A stretch of 64,000 bases of DNA from Candidatus Tectimicrobiota bacterium. GTDB taxonomy: Bacteria; JACPUC01. The notes below the pieces were generated by a model that made no database searches, was not told where the DNA came from, and saw only the letters and a list, made by a program, of their open reading frames with translations. The position numbers were made by a program, and so were the translations under genes. How positions within the stretch are numbered: position 1 is the stretch's first letter; each line of letters opens with the position of its first letter. This document shows positions 30,735-40,621 of this stretch, in pieces. Location of the stretch: NCBI GenBank assembly GCA_016192455.1, contig JACPUC010000019.1, positions 62,001 through 126,000 on the forward strand, in the 5' to 3' direction.

Positions 30735-31425
30735 GGTAACGACCCACTACGGCCCCTTGCGCATCCTGCATCGGGTGAGCCTTGAGGTGCGCGCCGGAGA
30801 GATGGTGGTGCTGCTGGGCGGCAACGCCGCCGGCAAGTCGACCACCATCCTCACCATCCTCGGCGCGGTGAAGCCCACCTCCGGCTCGGTCAGCTTCAAC
30901 GGGGAAGCCATCACCGGCTTGCCGACGGAACAGATCATCCGCCGCGGCATTGCCCTGGTTCCCGAAGCGCGCCGCATCTTCCGCCGCCTGAGCGTGCGCG
31001 AGAACCTCGCCCTGGGTGCCTATCGCCGCCGCGACGGCAAGGACGCGATCGGCGCCGACCTCGAGCTCGTCTACTCACTCTTCCCGCGTCTGAAGGAGCG
31101 CGAGCGGCAGCTCGGCGGCACCCTGAGCGGCGGCGAACAGCAGATGCTCGCCTTGGGGCGGGCGCTGATGGCCAGGCCCCAGCTCATCCTCATGGACGAG
31201 CCCTCCATGGGGCTGGCGCCGGCGCTGGTTGAGCAGCTCTTCGAGCTGATCGCCACCCTGCACCGGCGCGGCCTCAGCATCTTCCTCGTCGAGCAGAACG
31301 CCAACCTGTCGCTGAGCATCGCCGACCGCGCCTACGTGCTCCAGCAAGGGAGCATCGTGCTGAGCGGCACGGCAGCCGAGGTGCTTGCCAATGATCAGAT
31401 TCAGCGCGCCTATCTCGGCGCATAG
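30718..31425 (+). CDS. LivF-type ABC ATP-binding protein
   Basis: GGNAAGKST, VPEARRIF, LSGGEQQML, MDEPSMGL; RBS GGAGGAG before ATG 30718. Confidence 0.92.
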   Translation: MLELVEVTTHYGPLRILHRVSLEVRAGEMVVLLGGNAAGKSTTILTILGAVKPTSGSVSFNGEAITGLPTEQIIRRGIALVPEARRIFRRLSVRENLALGAYRRRDGKDAIGADLELVYSLFPRLKERERQLGGTLSGGEQQMLALGRALMARPQLILMDEPSMGLAPALVEQLFELIATLHRRGLSIFLVEQNANLSLSIADRAYVLQQGSIVLSGTAAEVLANDQIQRAYLGA

Positions 31426-31435
31426 GAGACATGCC

Positions 31436-32143
31436 ATGGTGGAACTGAAGCAGGTGCACCAGCTCATCATTCCCAAAGCCCGCGGCAGAGCCTTCGAAGT
31501 GAAGAAGGGCCAGGTCTTCCGCTTGACCTGCATCGACGGCCCGCAGGTGGCCGACATGGATGTCTTCAACCGCAAGGATTTCAAGGAGGCCTTCAGCTCC
31601 TCCTTCACGCGCTCGGTGATGGGGTCGCACCTGACGACCGGGGCGCAGCTCCTCTCGGACGCGCCCCACTTCCGTCCCCTGATGACCATCGTGGCGGATA
31701 CCGTCGGCCTGAAGCCGTCGCGGCGCGGCGCCGTCTCGCATGATGTCATGCTTGGCCGCTGCAACCGCAAGCTGCACGAGTGGTTCACCGGCAACAAGCG
31801 CCACCCGAACTGTCAGGACAACCTGGCGCGCGCCATCAAGCCCTACGGCATGGAGCAGCACGACGTGCACGACCCCTTCAACGTCTTCATGCGCACCGGC
31901 CTGGGAAAAGATGGCCGTTTCTTTTACGAGGACCCGCTCGCCAAGCAAGGCGACTACGTCGAGTTTCGCGCCGACGTGGACTGCCTGGTGGCCATCTCGG
32001 CCTGCCCCGGAAAGTCGAGCGGCCCGGTGCCGAACCGGCTCGGGGTGGAAATCTTCGATGTCGTGCGGCCCCGCGGCGTGAAGGAGAGCGAGGTCTGGGC
32101 GCACATCAAGACTCCCGAGCCTCCCCGCGGCATGAGGAAGTAG
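31436..32143 (+). CDS. DUF1989 / urea carboxylase-associated family protein
   Basis: AFEVKKGQ, GPQVADM, HDVMLGRC, NCQDNL, FNVFM, GDYVEFRA..DCLVAISACP. Confidence 0.85.
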   Translation: MVELKQVHQLIIPKARGRAFEVKKGQVFRLTCIDGPQVADMDVFNRKDFKEAFSSSFTRSVMGSHLTTGAQLLSDAPHFRPLMTIVADTVGLKPSRRGAVSHDVMLGRCNRKLHEWFTGNKRHPNCQDNLARAIKPYGMEQHDVHDPFNVFMRTGLGKDGRFFYEDPLAKQGDYVEFRADVDCLVAISACPGKSSGPVPNRLGVEIFDVVRPRGVKESEVWAHIKTPEPPRGMRK

Positions 32144-32667
32144 CAAGCGTCGGCGAGGTCCCTCGCGGGCGCCCGGGGAGCGCCCAGCCCGGAAGGAGGC
32201 TGCCTGCGGCAGCGGCGGGGGTCCACGGCATGACGACTGGGGGGGGATCGCGGCGGCGGAGAGAGCGGCGTCCCACAACTTCCGGCTCTGGTGCGTGGTG
32301 CGATACTTGCCCCCTCGCCAGCGTCGGCAGCCGGGCGGGGGCGGGATCGCCTGCCTGCGCCGACCGTCAGCCTCACCCAGGCGACAAGGTGGGCGCCGGG
32401 CGGCCCCGCGCGGGAGTGGCGCAAGAAAAGCGGCGTCCCACCGTCACTTGTTTGGATCGGCGACCGGAGCCAACGGCTCTCTCTCCTCCTCCTTCTCCCC
32501 GCCGCGCCGCCACGGCATCCGGTTCCTGCCTCCCCGCAGGTGGGGGCTTTCCCCGACTGTGGCTGCCCCCGCGACGAGACGCCGCGCCGGTTAACTTCCC
32601 GCGTGTCTCGTGCCGACACGTCGAATGAGGAGTTTGGTGCTGCCGACGATTTTTTTCTGTGAGGAGC

Positions 32668-32696
32668 TTGCAAAACTTCGCCTGATTGGGTATAAG
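32668..32696 (+). promoter_or_regulatory. Sigma-70-type promoter of the IclR gene
   Basis: TTGCAA-N17-TATAAG in a locally AT-rich stretch. Confidence 0.65.
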
Positions 32697-32722
32697 AACT
32701 GTGTTGTAATAAACAAATACTA

Positions 32723-32737
32723 TTCGTAAGTTACGAA
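32723..32737. promoter_or_regulatory. Palindromic operator, probable IclR autoregulatory site
   Basis: TTCGTAA-G-TTACGAA immediately before ATG 32740. Confidence 0.65.
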
Positions 32738-32739
32738 CA

Positions 32740-33576
32740 ATGCGAACCCTCTCAACAGTCGAAAAAGCAATCGATGTCCTTCACCTGCTGGCGAAACATC
32801 GCTCCGGCCTGAGTGTCAAGGAGGTCGCCCAGCACCTGGGGGTGCAGAGGAGCACGGCGCATCAGTTCCTCGCCTCCCTGAAGAAGAAGGAATTGCTCGA
32901 ACAGCATCCGGTGACCCGCCACTACGTGGTCGGCGCGCGCCTTCTCTCGCTCGGCATGGCCTACGCGCGCAACCTCAACCTCCAGGACAGAGTGCAGCCG
33001 ATTCTCAAGAAGCTGCGCGATCAAGCCGGCGAAACGGTCCTGTTGCTCATGCGCTCGGGCGATAAGCTGGTGTACGTGGCGCAGGTGGAGAGCCTCCACT
33101 TCCACCGCAGCATCGTCCTCATCGGGGATTATATCCCGCTCCATTTCGGGGCCTCGGGGGCCGTCGTGCTCGCCCACCTTCCGGACGCGGAAGCAGAGGA
33201 GAGCATCACCAGGCTGCGGCTGAACACCCTCGACTGGAGAGACAGCAAGGGGAGATGGGACCCCTTGACCCTCCTGAACGATGGCTTTCGCCAGAAGCTG
33301 GCGAAGGTTCGCAAGCAGGGGTATTGCGCGAGTTTCGAGCAGCTCTTCAAGAGCGTGAATGCCATCGCCGCGCCGGTGTTCGACCTCCACGACCATGCTG
33401 CCGGATGTGTGAGCATCGTCGGCCCCAGCGAGCGCTTCACGCAGGAAGTCGTGAAGAGCCAGATTCGCCCCTTGCTGGAGACGGCGCAGGAAGTTTCGAG
33501 CGCTTTTGGCTCCGGGCTGGTGTGGGACGAGCGGGGGATGTGGTCGCACCGTGAAGCGATAGCTCGAACGGAGTGA
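32740..33576 (+). CDS. IclR family transcriptional regulator
   Basis: TVEKAIDVL...STAHQFLASL HTH; C-terminal GASG, IAAPVFD, SIVGPSERF. Confidence 0.93.
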   Translation: MRTLSTVEKAIDVLHLLAKHRSGLSVKEVAQHLGVQRSTAHQFLASLKKKELLEQHPVTRHYVVGARLLSLGMAYARNLNLQDRVQPILKKLRDQAGETVLLLMRSGDKLVYVAQVESLHFHRSIVLIGDYIPLHFGASGAVVLAHLPDAEAEESITRLRLNTLDWRDSKGRWDPLTLLNDGFRQKLAKVRKQGYCASFEQLFKSVNAIAAPVFDLHDHAAGCVSIVGPSERFTQEVVKSQIRPLLETAQEVSSAFGSGLVWDERGMWSHREAIARTE

Positions 33577-34189
33577 AGCCGCGGCTATTCTCCGGGATGA
33601 AAGGGACCACGTCGGTCGTTCTGCCATGGAGAGGCTGGGTGGGTGGGGCGAAGTGGAATGGCGCCCACACGACCTCTTTGCAAAAGGCTGAGGTAGGAGC
33701 GACCTTCGCCCTCGACCCGGGGGCGCCTATGGACCCTCCCCGCGGCCGCGCCGCAAGCGCGACGCCTGGCACGCGGCGAGCGACTCCACCAGGTGCGCCG
33801 AGGGAGTTCCTCTCCCCGCCGCGTCGCCGCGAGAGGAGTGCGCGAAAACTCTTGGCGGGGCGGCGGCAGCGCCGCTGCATCCTTGCCTCGTCCGCAGAGC
33901 TGAAGGCTGCCCGGCGACACGCGCCCGACCGGCGGGCGCGCCCGAGGTTGAAACTTTGGCTGGGCCGCCGGCTCTGAAGATTGACAAGAGAGAATTCGAG
34001 GTGAGACCGTTGAACAACTAGGTTTCCTCTCGCACAGGTGCCAAGAAGGCGAAGAGGAGACCGAGCCGAGATAGAACATCGTGGGACTCCAGGGAACGGA
34101 GTCGCCCCTATGCTACTGCCTGCCTGAGTGGTACGTTGTTCGCCTTCCTCGACAGGGATGTCCAGACCACTAACGAGCAGGAGCACGAG

Positions 34190-35389
34190 ATGCCAGAGAC
34201 ACGTACCGCGGCAGTCCGTTCATCTGTGCGCGTGAAAGGCTCGCGACACATGGAAACGAATCACCACCAAGAGTATGGGAAACGGCTGCAGCAGACGCGA
34301 CGCGCCATGACGACGCATGAGTTTGACCTCCTCTTCGTCTATGGAAGCGGCAAGCGCGACATGCTCCGCATGGACGGCATCCGGTACCTCGTTGGGCTGC
34401 CCATGGTGGCGGACCATGCGCTGCTGCGCCTGGAGCACGACGGGGCGCCGACCCTCTACCTGAGCCCGCCCTCGGTGGCCGCCTACGCCCAAGCGCAAAC
34501 CACCCTCTGCAACGTCCTCGGCGTCAACGACGTGGTGGAGCGCGCCGCCGCGGAGCTGCGGGAACGCAAGAGCCCGGCGCGGCGCATCGGCTTCATCGGC
34601 CGGGCCGTCATGCCTGGCGCCATGTTTGCGAGCCTAGCAGCCGCCCTTCCCGGCGAGGTCTGCGTGGAAGAGAACCTCTTGCAGGAGATCGGCAAGCAGA
34701 AGTCAGCCTGGGAGATCGAGTGTGTGAAGCGAGCCCAGGAGGTTGCCGACCACGGCTTCGCCCACCTGCGCAACGTGGCGCGGCCCGGTATGCGGGAGTT
34801 TGAGCTGGCCGCCGAGCTGGAGCGGCTGCTGCGGATGGAAGGGGCCAGCGATAACTTCGGGCTCGTCGCGGCGTCGCCGCACCATCAGGCGATTCACCCG
34901 CCCACGGCCCGTAAGTTGGAGGCGGGGGACATCCTCATCAGCGAACTCAGCCCGGAATGCGAGGGGTACTTCGCGCAGCTCTGCCGCACGCTGGTGCTCG
35001 GTCCTCCAATCGCCCGGCTGCGGGGTCGGTACGAGGTGCTCAAGGCGGCGTTCGACGCGGGGCTGGCGGCAGCCAAGCCCGGGGCCTTTGCGGCCGAGGT
35101 GGCGGAGTCGATCAACGCTGTGCTGCGGGAGGCCGGCTACGGGGAGTTCTGCAAGCCCCCCTACATGCGTTCGCGCGGGCATGGCCTGGGGCAGGGCTCC
35201 TGCTTGCCCGGGGAGCTGGAGGTGCAGAACAAGGTCGAGCTGGCGGAGGGGATGACCTTCGTGCTGCATCCCAACCAGTACCTTCCGGAGACGGGCTACA
35301 TGATGCTGGGAGAGACGTGTGTTGTCACCAGCACGGGAGGGGTGAGCCTCTCCTCGGTGGAGCGCACGCTGTTCGCGATCGATTTTTGA
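34190..35389 (+). CDS. M24 (Xaa-Pro peptidase/creatinase fold) protein with non-canonical metal ligands
   Basis: Creatinase-like N domain, KSAWE, RPGMREFEL, GYFAQLCRT, GHGLG, GMTFVLHPNQY; start 34190 or 34250. Confidence 0.8.
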   Translation: MPETRTAAVRSSVRVKGSRHMETNHHQEYGKRLQQTRRAMTTHEFDLLFVYGSGKRDMLRMDGIRYLVGLPMVADHALLRLEHDGAPTLYLSPPSVAAYAQAQTTLCNVLGVNDVVERAAAELRERKSPARRIGFIGRAVMPGAMFASLAAALPGEVCVEENLLQEIGKQKSAWEIECVKRAQEVADHGFAHLRNVARPGMREFELAAELERLLRMEGASDNFGLVAASPHHQAIHPPTARKLEAGDILISELSPECEGYFAQLCRTLVLGPPIARLRGRYEVLKAAFDAGLAAAKPGAFAAEVAESINAVLREAGYGEFCKPPYMRSRGHGLGQGSCLPGELEVQNKVELAEGMTFVLHPNQYLPETGYMMLGETCVVTSTGGVSLSSVERTLFAIDF

Positions 35390-35443
35390 TGGTCGCTTGG
35401 TCGTCATCCTGCGGATGCCGATGAAGCTGAGGAGCGCAGAGCG

Positions 35444-36637
35444 GTGATCAAGACGTACGAGCCGGTGGTGCGCCATGGATTGGCAGGATGGGATCGAAAG
35501 AAAATCAGCCCCGAGGAGCTGCAGCAGCGGCTCAGCCGCATCAGGACAGCAATGCGCGCCAGAAAACTGGCGGTGCTTATCATCCACGGCGATGCCCGGC
35601 AGTATGGCGACCTCTGCTACGCCACCCACTTCGCCCCGATGGTCCATGAGGCGGTGGCCTTCATCCCGCGTGAAGAGAACCCGGTTCTCTACGTAGGGGT
35701 GGGGCCGCGTGACATCCCCTTCGCCCGCAAGCTCACGGCGGTGGAGGAAGTGCATCCCCTTGCCAGGCTCGAGGGGGAGATCGGCCTGCGCCTGCGGTAC
35801 TGGCTGCCGAAGCAGGGACGGGTCGGCCTCGTGAACGTGCAGGAATCGATGCGCGCACCCCTCTACGAGAGTCTCCTCGCCGATCTCTCCGATCTGCCCC
35901 TGGAGCCGTGCACCGCGTGGTACCGCGAGCTTCGCCTGGGCAAAACGGCGGCCGAGCTGGCGGTGATGCGCGAGGCGACGCAGCGTCTCGATCGTTGCGT
36001 CGAAGCCATCCTCGGCGCGCTCCGTCCTGGCGTGAGCGAACGGGACCTCGCCGTCGAGGCCGACTACGTGGCGCGCCGCCAGGGCGCCGAGGACTGCCGC
36101 GTCCTCGTCACCAGCGGGCCGGACGCGGACCGTTTCCTTCGCCCCGCCACGGTCGCCCCGATCGCGCCGCAGGGACGCCTGCTCGTTTACGTCGCCCTGG
36201 CCTTCGAGCGTTACTGGAGTGAACTGGGAAGCACGATCATCCTGTCACCCGGAGGCGCCGATCTCTCGCCCGCCGACGATGAGCTCTCCCGGCTCTACGA
36301 CAAGCTTCGCCAGGGGCTCGCGGCTGGCGACGCCGGTCAGCATGCCCTGCGCAAAGCCGGCAAAGCCTTGCGGCTGCACCTGGACGCGCACCAGGCGACC
36401 GGCGAAGGCGAGGTGCAGGGAATCGGTCTGGACCGCGAAGAGGCGCCGCTGCAGCCACTCCTCGGCGCGGCTGCCGAGACGGCGGCGCCCCTGCGGCCCG
36501 GCATGGTGGTGAGCCCGCGCATCCTGCGCTTCGCGGCAGGCGCAGGGGCGCTGTGCGCCGAGCCCCTCGTGCTGGGAGAAAGCGGCTGCGAGCGGCTCTC
36601 GGGAACGGAGCGTGTCATCCTGCGGTCCCTGCGGTGA
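35444..36637 (+). CDS. Degenerate M24-fold protein
   Basis: KTAAEL, RPGVSERDL, YWSELGST, GIGLDREEAP, LRPGMVV; catalytic His/acidic ligands not evident. Confidence 0.7.
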   Translation: MIKTYEPVVRHGLAGWDRKKISPEELQQRLSRIRTAMRARKLAVLIIHGDARQYGDLCYATHFAPMVHEAVAFIPREENPVLYVGVGPRDIPFARKLTAVEEVHPLARLEGEIGLRLRYWLPKQGRVGLVNVQESMRAPLYESLLADLSDLPLEPCTAWYRELRLGKTAAELAVMREATQRLDRCVEAILGALRPGVSERDLAVEADYVARRQGAEDCRVLVTSGPDADRFLRPATVAPIAPQGRLLVYVALAFERYWSELGSTIILSPGGADLSPADDELSRLYDKLRQGLAAGDAGQHALRKAGKALRLHLDAHQATGEGEVQGIGLDREEAPLQPLLGAAAETAAPLRPGMVVSPRILRFAAGAGALCAEPLVLGESGCERLSGTERVILRSLR

Positions 36638-36679
36638 GGATCAGAGGACCGCGGCGCGGCCGCGGGGAGAAGCGGGCGC

Positions 36680-36881
36680 CTAGTACCGTGTCCCATAAGT
36701 TCCAACACCTAATTCTGACAGGGGGCCTCGTCCCCTCGCGCACCCCGCCTTGTAGGGGGCGGTTCGCGAACCGCCCCTACGGGATGGGCGTGTGGGGGAG
36801 CATGGGTCCCTTACAAGCTCCTTGCCAATACAGCGAGCAACGCCGCAAATAGGTAAGCGAACTTGGTGGACGCAACACTAG
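36680..36881. mobile_element. MITE-like repeat, copy 2
   Basis: CTAGTACCGTGTCCCATAAGTTC...GAACTTGGTGGACGCAACACTAG, REP palindrome at 36752-36780; homologous to 3660..3932. Confidence 0.7.
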
Positions 36882-37162
36882 GCAGCCGCCCTCACCGGCG
36901 GCCGAGCGAGGTTAGCGGCGACGCTGCTCAAGGGGGCATTTGCCCTGCCCATCGTCTTCTCACTTGCAGTTCGTGCCGCCCTGCGGTAGGGTATGCAAAG
37001 GGAAGCATGCCGAGAGGGAGCGACGGCGGCGCTGCACCGCGCGGGGCCGCCTTGACAGATGGGGGCCTCCACCTCAGCTCTGATCATTGCTCGAAGCGCG
37101 CGGCGTGGCACTTTCTCCATTGCCCTGCCTGCTGATTTTCGCTCCTGCACCAGGTTCTCTCC

Positions 37163-37960
37163 TTGCTCATCTTGCTCTCGAATGACGATGGAATACGGGC
37201 GCCGGGGTTGCGTTTCCTGCACGATGCGCTTACCTCCCTGGGCCGCGTCGCGGTGGTGGCGCCGGATCGCGACCAGAGCGCCGTCAGCCATTCCCTTACC
37301 CTGCACAACCCCCTGCGATTCAACGAGCTCAGCCCATCCTGGTACGAGGTGAACGGCACCCCGACCGATTGCATCAACCTCGCCGTGAACAACATTCTGG
37401 CCGGGGAGCGGCCGGCGCTCATTGTCGCCGGCATCAACGACGGCTTGAACCTCGGGGATGACGTCACCTACTCCGGCACTGTCTCCGCCGCCATGGAGGG
37501 GACCATCCTCGGCATTCCCTCCATAGCCTTCTCCCTGGCGGAGGACCCGACGGAGGAGAACATCGCCCTGCGCACCAACGAGGTGGCGGCGCGACAGCGG
37601 GGCTACGTCGTGGCGGCGGCCTTCGCCCGCAAGCTCGTCCAGCAGGTGCTCCAACACGGCGTGCCGCAGGGGACCTTCCTCAATGTCAACATCCCCTGCG
37701 TCGAGCGCAGCGAAGAGCTGCGCGGCGTCCAGATTACCCGCCAGGGCAAGCGCCAGCACCACGTCCCGGTGCTGAGGAACGTCGATCCCCGCGGGCGTCC
37801 TTACTTCTGGATCGGCGGCAGCACGTTTCAGTGGCTCGACGAGGAGGGCACCGACGTCGCCGCGGTCCGCGCCGGCTGCGTGTCGATCACGCCGTTGCAG
37901 CTTGACCTGACGAACTATGCCGCGTATGATGTGTTGCGTCGCTGGCATTTAACGCCTTGA
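37163..37960 (+). CDS. surE: 5'/3'-nucleotidase SurE
   Basis: ILLSNDDG, VAPDRDQSAVS, GTPTDC, GINDGLNLG, YSGTVSAA, SITPL. Confidence 0.96.
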   Translation: MLILLSNDDGIRAPGLRFLHDALTSLGRVAVVAPDRDQSAVSHSLTLHNPLRFNELSPSWYEVNGTPTDCINLAVNNILAGERPALIVAGINDGLNLGDDVTYSGTVSAAMEGTILGIPSIAFSLAEDPTEENIALRTNEVAARQRGYVVAAAFARKLVQQVLQHGVPQGTFLNVNIPCVERSEELRGVQITRQGKRQHHVPVLRNVDPRGRPYFWIGGSTFQWLDEEGTDVAAVRAGCVSITPLQLDLTNYAAYDVLRRWHLTP

Positions 37961-38067
37961 GGCGGCGCGCCCGCGGCCAAGCCGCCGTGCCGAGCGCGCG
38001 GTGGCCGCGGAGCGTGAGCCGGCAGGCTCGTGCAGGGGCTGGAGCTGAGCGGGGGAGCGAGCAGCGC

Positions 38068-38739
38068 GTGGTCGTTAATTTGTTGCGCCGGCACTCAACA
38101 GACGTGGAGACGGCCAGACGCCAGATGGTTGAGGAGCATCTCATTCGCCGCGGCATCACCGATCCGCGCGTCCTCCTGGCGATGTCGAAGGTGCCGCGGC
38201 ACTGTTTCGTCGAGCCGGCCCTGCAAGGCCAGGCCTATGGCGACCATCCCCTGCCCATCGGCATGAAACAGACCATCTCCCAGCCTTACATGGTGGGGTT
38301 GATGACGCAGCTCCTGGAGCTGCGGGGGCGCGAGCGCGTCCTTGAGATCGGCGCCGGCTCCGGATATCAAACGGCGGTGCTGGCCGAGCTGGCCGAGCGG
38401 GTCTACGCGGTGGAGCGCGTCAAGTCCCTGGCCACGAAGGCGCGGCAGACGATCGAGAGCCTGGGCTACCACAACGTCATGATGCGCATCTTCGACGGCA
38501 CCTACGGCTGGCGCGAGGAGGCGCCGTTCGACGCCATTCTCTGCGCCGCCGCGGCGCCGGAAATTCCCAGCCGGCTCGTCGAGCAGCTCGCCGAGCCGGG
38601 CGTCATGGTCCTGCCCATCGGCGACGACCAGAGTCAGACCCTGGTGCGCGTGCTCCGCCGCGAAGGAAAGACCGAGGTGGAAGAGCACACCACCTGCGTC
38701 TTCGTCAAGTTGATCGGGGAGTACGCCTGGAAGGAGTAA
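38068..38739 (+). CDS. pcm: Protein-L-isoaspartate O-methyltransferase
   Basis: VPRHCFV, QTISQPY, VLEIGAGSGYQ, APFDAI; follows surE; start approximate. Confidence 0.95.
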   Translation: MVVNLLRRHSTDVETARRQMVEEHLIRRGITDPRVLLAMSKVPRHCFVEPALQGQAYGDHPLPIGMKQTISQPYMVGLMTQLLELRGRERVLEIGAGSGYQTAVLAELAERVYAVERVKSLATKARQTIESLGYHNVMMRIFDGTYGWREEAPFDAILCAAAAPEIPSRLVEQLAEPGVMVLPIGDDQSQTLVRVLRREGKTEVEEHTTCVFVKLIGEYAWKE

Positions 38740-38793
38740 GGGCGGCAGCGTCAGTGGTGATCGCCGCCATCAACAAGCAAGGAAGCGACCGGC

Positions 38794-38871
38794 CGGGGCG
38801 TAGCGCAGCCTGGTAAGCGCGCCTGCTTCGGGAGCAGGAGGTCGGTGGTTCAAATCCACTCGCCCCGACCA
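38794..38871 (+). tRNA. tRNA-Pro (CGG)
   Basis: CGGGGCG acceptor stem, anticodon arm CCTGC-TTCGGGA-GCAGG, GGTTCAAATCC, encoded CCA. Confidence 0.97.
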
Positions 38872-39201
38872 ATGAAATTGAGAGCTCTCCCGACCCCTTT
38901 CTTGTTTCTGATAGTTGTCCAGAGTTCTCCCAAAGCTGCCCCAATAAAGCTCGGGTGAAGTTCCCTCCGCTTTCGTAGACGGCAGGGGAGAGGCTGCGGT
39001 GCTCTTCCCCGTCACCGAAGAAGTTCAACTCCCACACTAGATGACCGAATGAAGGGGGCAGGTCACGCGAGCTTCCAGCTCCTTGCAGTGATAGCTGCGC
39101 CCACTGCTGGCGGGCACGGGGCTGTGGCACGGCAGACCTTCAGCATCACCGTTGCCGGAACCTCGCCGCGGGCGAGCATGCGCGGCCAATCGCCCCTGCT
39201 C

Positions 39202-39813
39202 TTATCCGCGCACGTAAGGGGGGCGAATGCTGATATTTTCAAGCCGTTCAATATGGCGGATGAAGCGGTACTTATCCTCCCGAAAATCCGTTACCTTGGA
39301 GCGTCCCGGTGGAAAATCACGGAAGGAGCCCGGTGCCAGTTTTGCCACCACGAACCCGACCTGCTGGTCCGCCGCCATCTCGGCGGTGATAGCTACCAGA
39401 TGCTCCACGTCGCGCGCGGTTGCCGTGCGCGGGATGCCCGCCCCCGCCGCCAGCCTCTCGAGGTCGACGTTGCCGGCGGTATGGCTGCGGTGACCCGAGG
39501 CGCCTTCATACTGCTCGTTGTCCATGACGACAATCGTCAGATTGGGAGGAAGCTCATTGGCCAAGGTGCAGAGCGCCCCGACATTGAACAGGGCGCTGCC
39601 GTCGGTGTCGAAGGTGAACACGCGCCGGTGCGGCAGGCCTACCGCCACGCCTAGCGAGAAGGGAATCGGACCACCGAGCAGCGAGATGAACATCGACCCT
39701 TCGCCCGGCATGAGACTGTACCACTCGCGTTTAACTCCATCGATGGAGGTCACCACGATGTCCTCCGCGCTCACGATTCTCGCCAGCCCTTTCAGTGCAT
39801 CGTAGCGTTTCAT
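39202..39813 (-). CDS. TPP-dependent decarboxylase beta subunit (sulfopyruvate/phosphonopyruvate decarboxylase ComE-like)
   Basis: MKRYDAL N-terminus, LGVAVG, DTDGSALFN...VMDNE TPP motif. Confidence 0.8.
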   Translation of the reverse strand: MKRYDALKGLARIVSAEDIVVTSIDGVKREWYSLMPGEGSMFISLLGGPIPFSLGVAVGLPHRRVFTFDTDGSALFNVGALCTLANELPPNLTIVVMDNEQYEGASGHRSHTAGNVDLERLAAGAGIPRTATARDVEHLVAITAEMAADQQVGFVVAKLAPGSFRDFPPGRSKVTDFREDKYRFIRHIERLENISIRPPYVRG

Positions 39814-40319
39814 CGAACGTCCCTCACGAGCGGCTGGCGAAACACCACCGCCGTATGATAGAGGCTGCTCACCCCATGAATGACTGCATTGGTGACGGCC
39901 GGAATGATATCCTCTTCACGATCGACGAAGCGATAGGGGATGCGCATGGCGTGCAACAACGGCTCCATGTAGATTCCATGGTCCACGCCCCATTCAAAGG
40001 GCTCGCCCAAATCGCCCCGATACCCCATCAGCATGGTCACCGGAATGCCGCTTGAAAAGCCCAGACGGGCCAGCGGCTCGCACGCGCTGCGCAGCCCCGA
40101 GTTCTCCATGACGAGCACCGCGCGATGGCCAACACACCAGGCCCCCGCCGCTATGGATGCTCCCTCGCCTTCGTTGGTTACGTGGATGTAACGGAGATCA
40201 GGGTCCGCATCCGCGGCTTTGTAGACTCCTGTCAGCAGCGTGTCAGGCAGGGCCACAACCAGGCGAACATGTGCCCGTTTCAGACCCTCAATAACTAACG
40301 CGGCAATACGGGGTTCCAC
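39810..40319 (-). CDS. TPP-dependent decarboxylase alpha subunit (ComD-like)
   Basis: LPDTLL, VTNEGEGASIAAGAW, MENSGL, MGYRG; 4-bp overlap with the beta subunit gene. Confidence 0.82.
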   Translation of the reverse strand: MEPRIAALVIEGLKRAHVRLVVALPDTLLTGVYKAADADPDLRYIHVTNEGEGASIAAGAWCVGHRAVLVMENSGLRSACEPLARLGFSSGIPVTMLMGYRGDLGEPFEWGVDHGIYMEPLLHAMRIPYRFVDREEDIIPAVTNAVIHGVSSLYHTAVVFRQPLVRDVR

Positions 40320-40621
40320 CTCGTGAACTCCTCATTTACAGGATACCAACGAGCCCTGCATTGGTAGTTGAATCTCCGTAAGGTTCTTGGCACACACTCA
40401 CCTTCAATACCGAAGCACACCTCCGGCCATCTCAGCCGCTGAAAGAGAAGGCCAAAAACACTGCGGCAACAAGAGCCCGCCTTACTTCCTCACGCAAGAA
40501 TGGGAATTCTCAACAGTCTCTCCGCCGAGTCAGCCTGTTTGACATCATGGAAATCACGTGCAAAGCTTGGCCTCTCGAATGTTGGATACGGCAGGGTGCT
40601 GGTTGCCACAACGAGTCCCGC

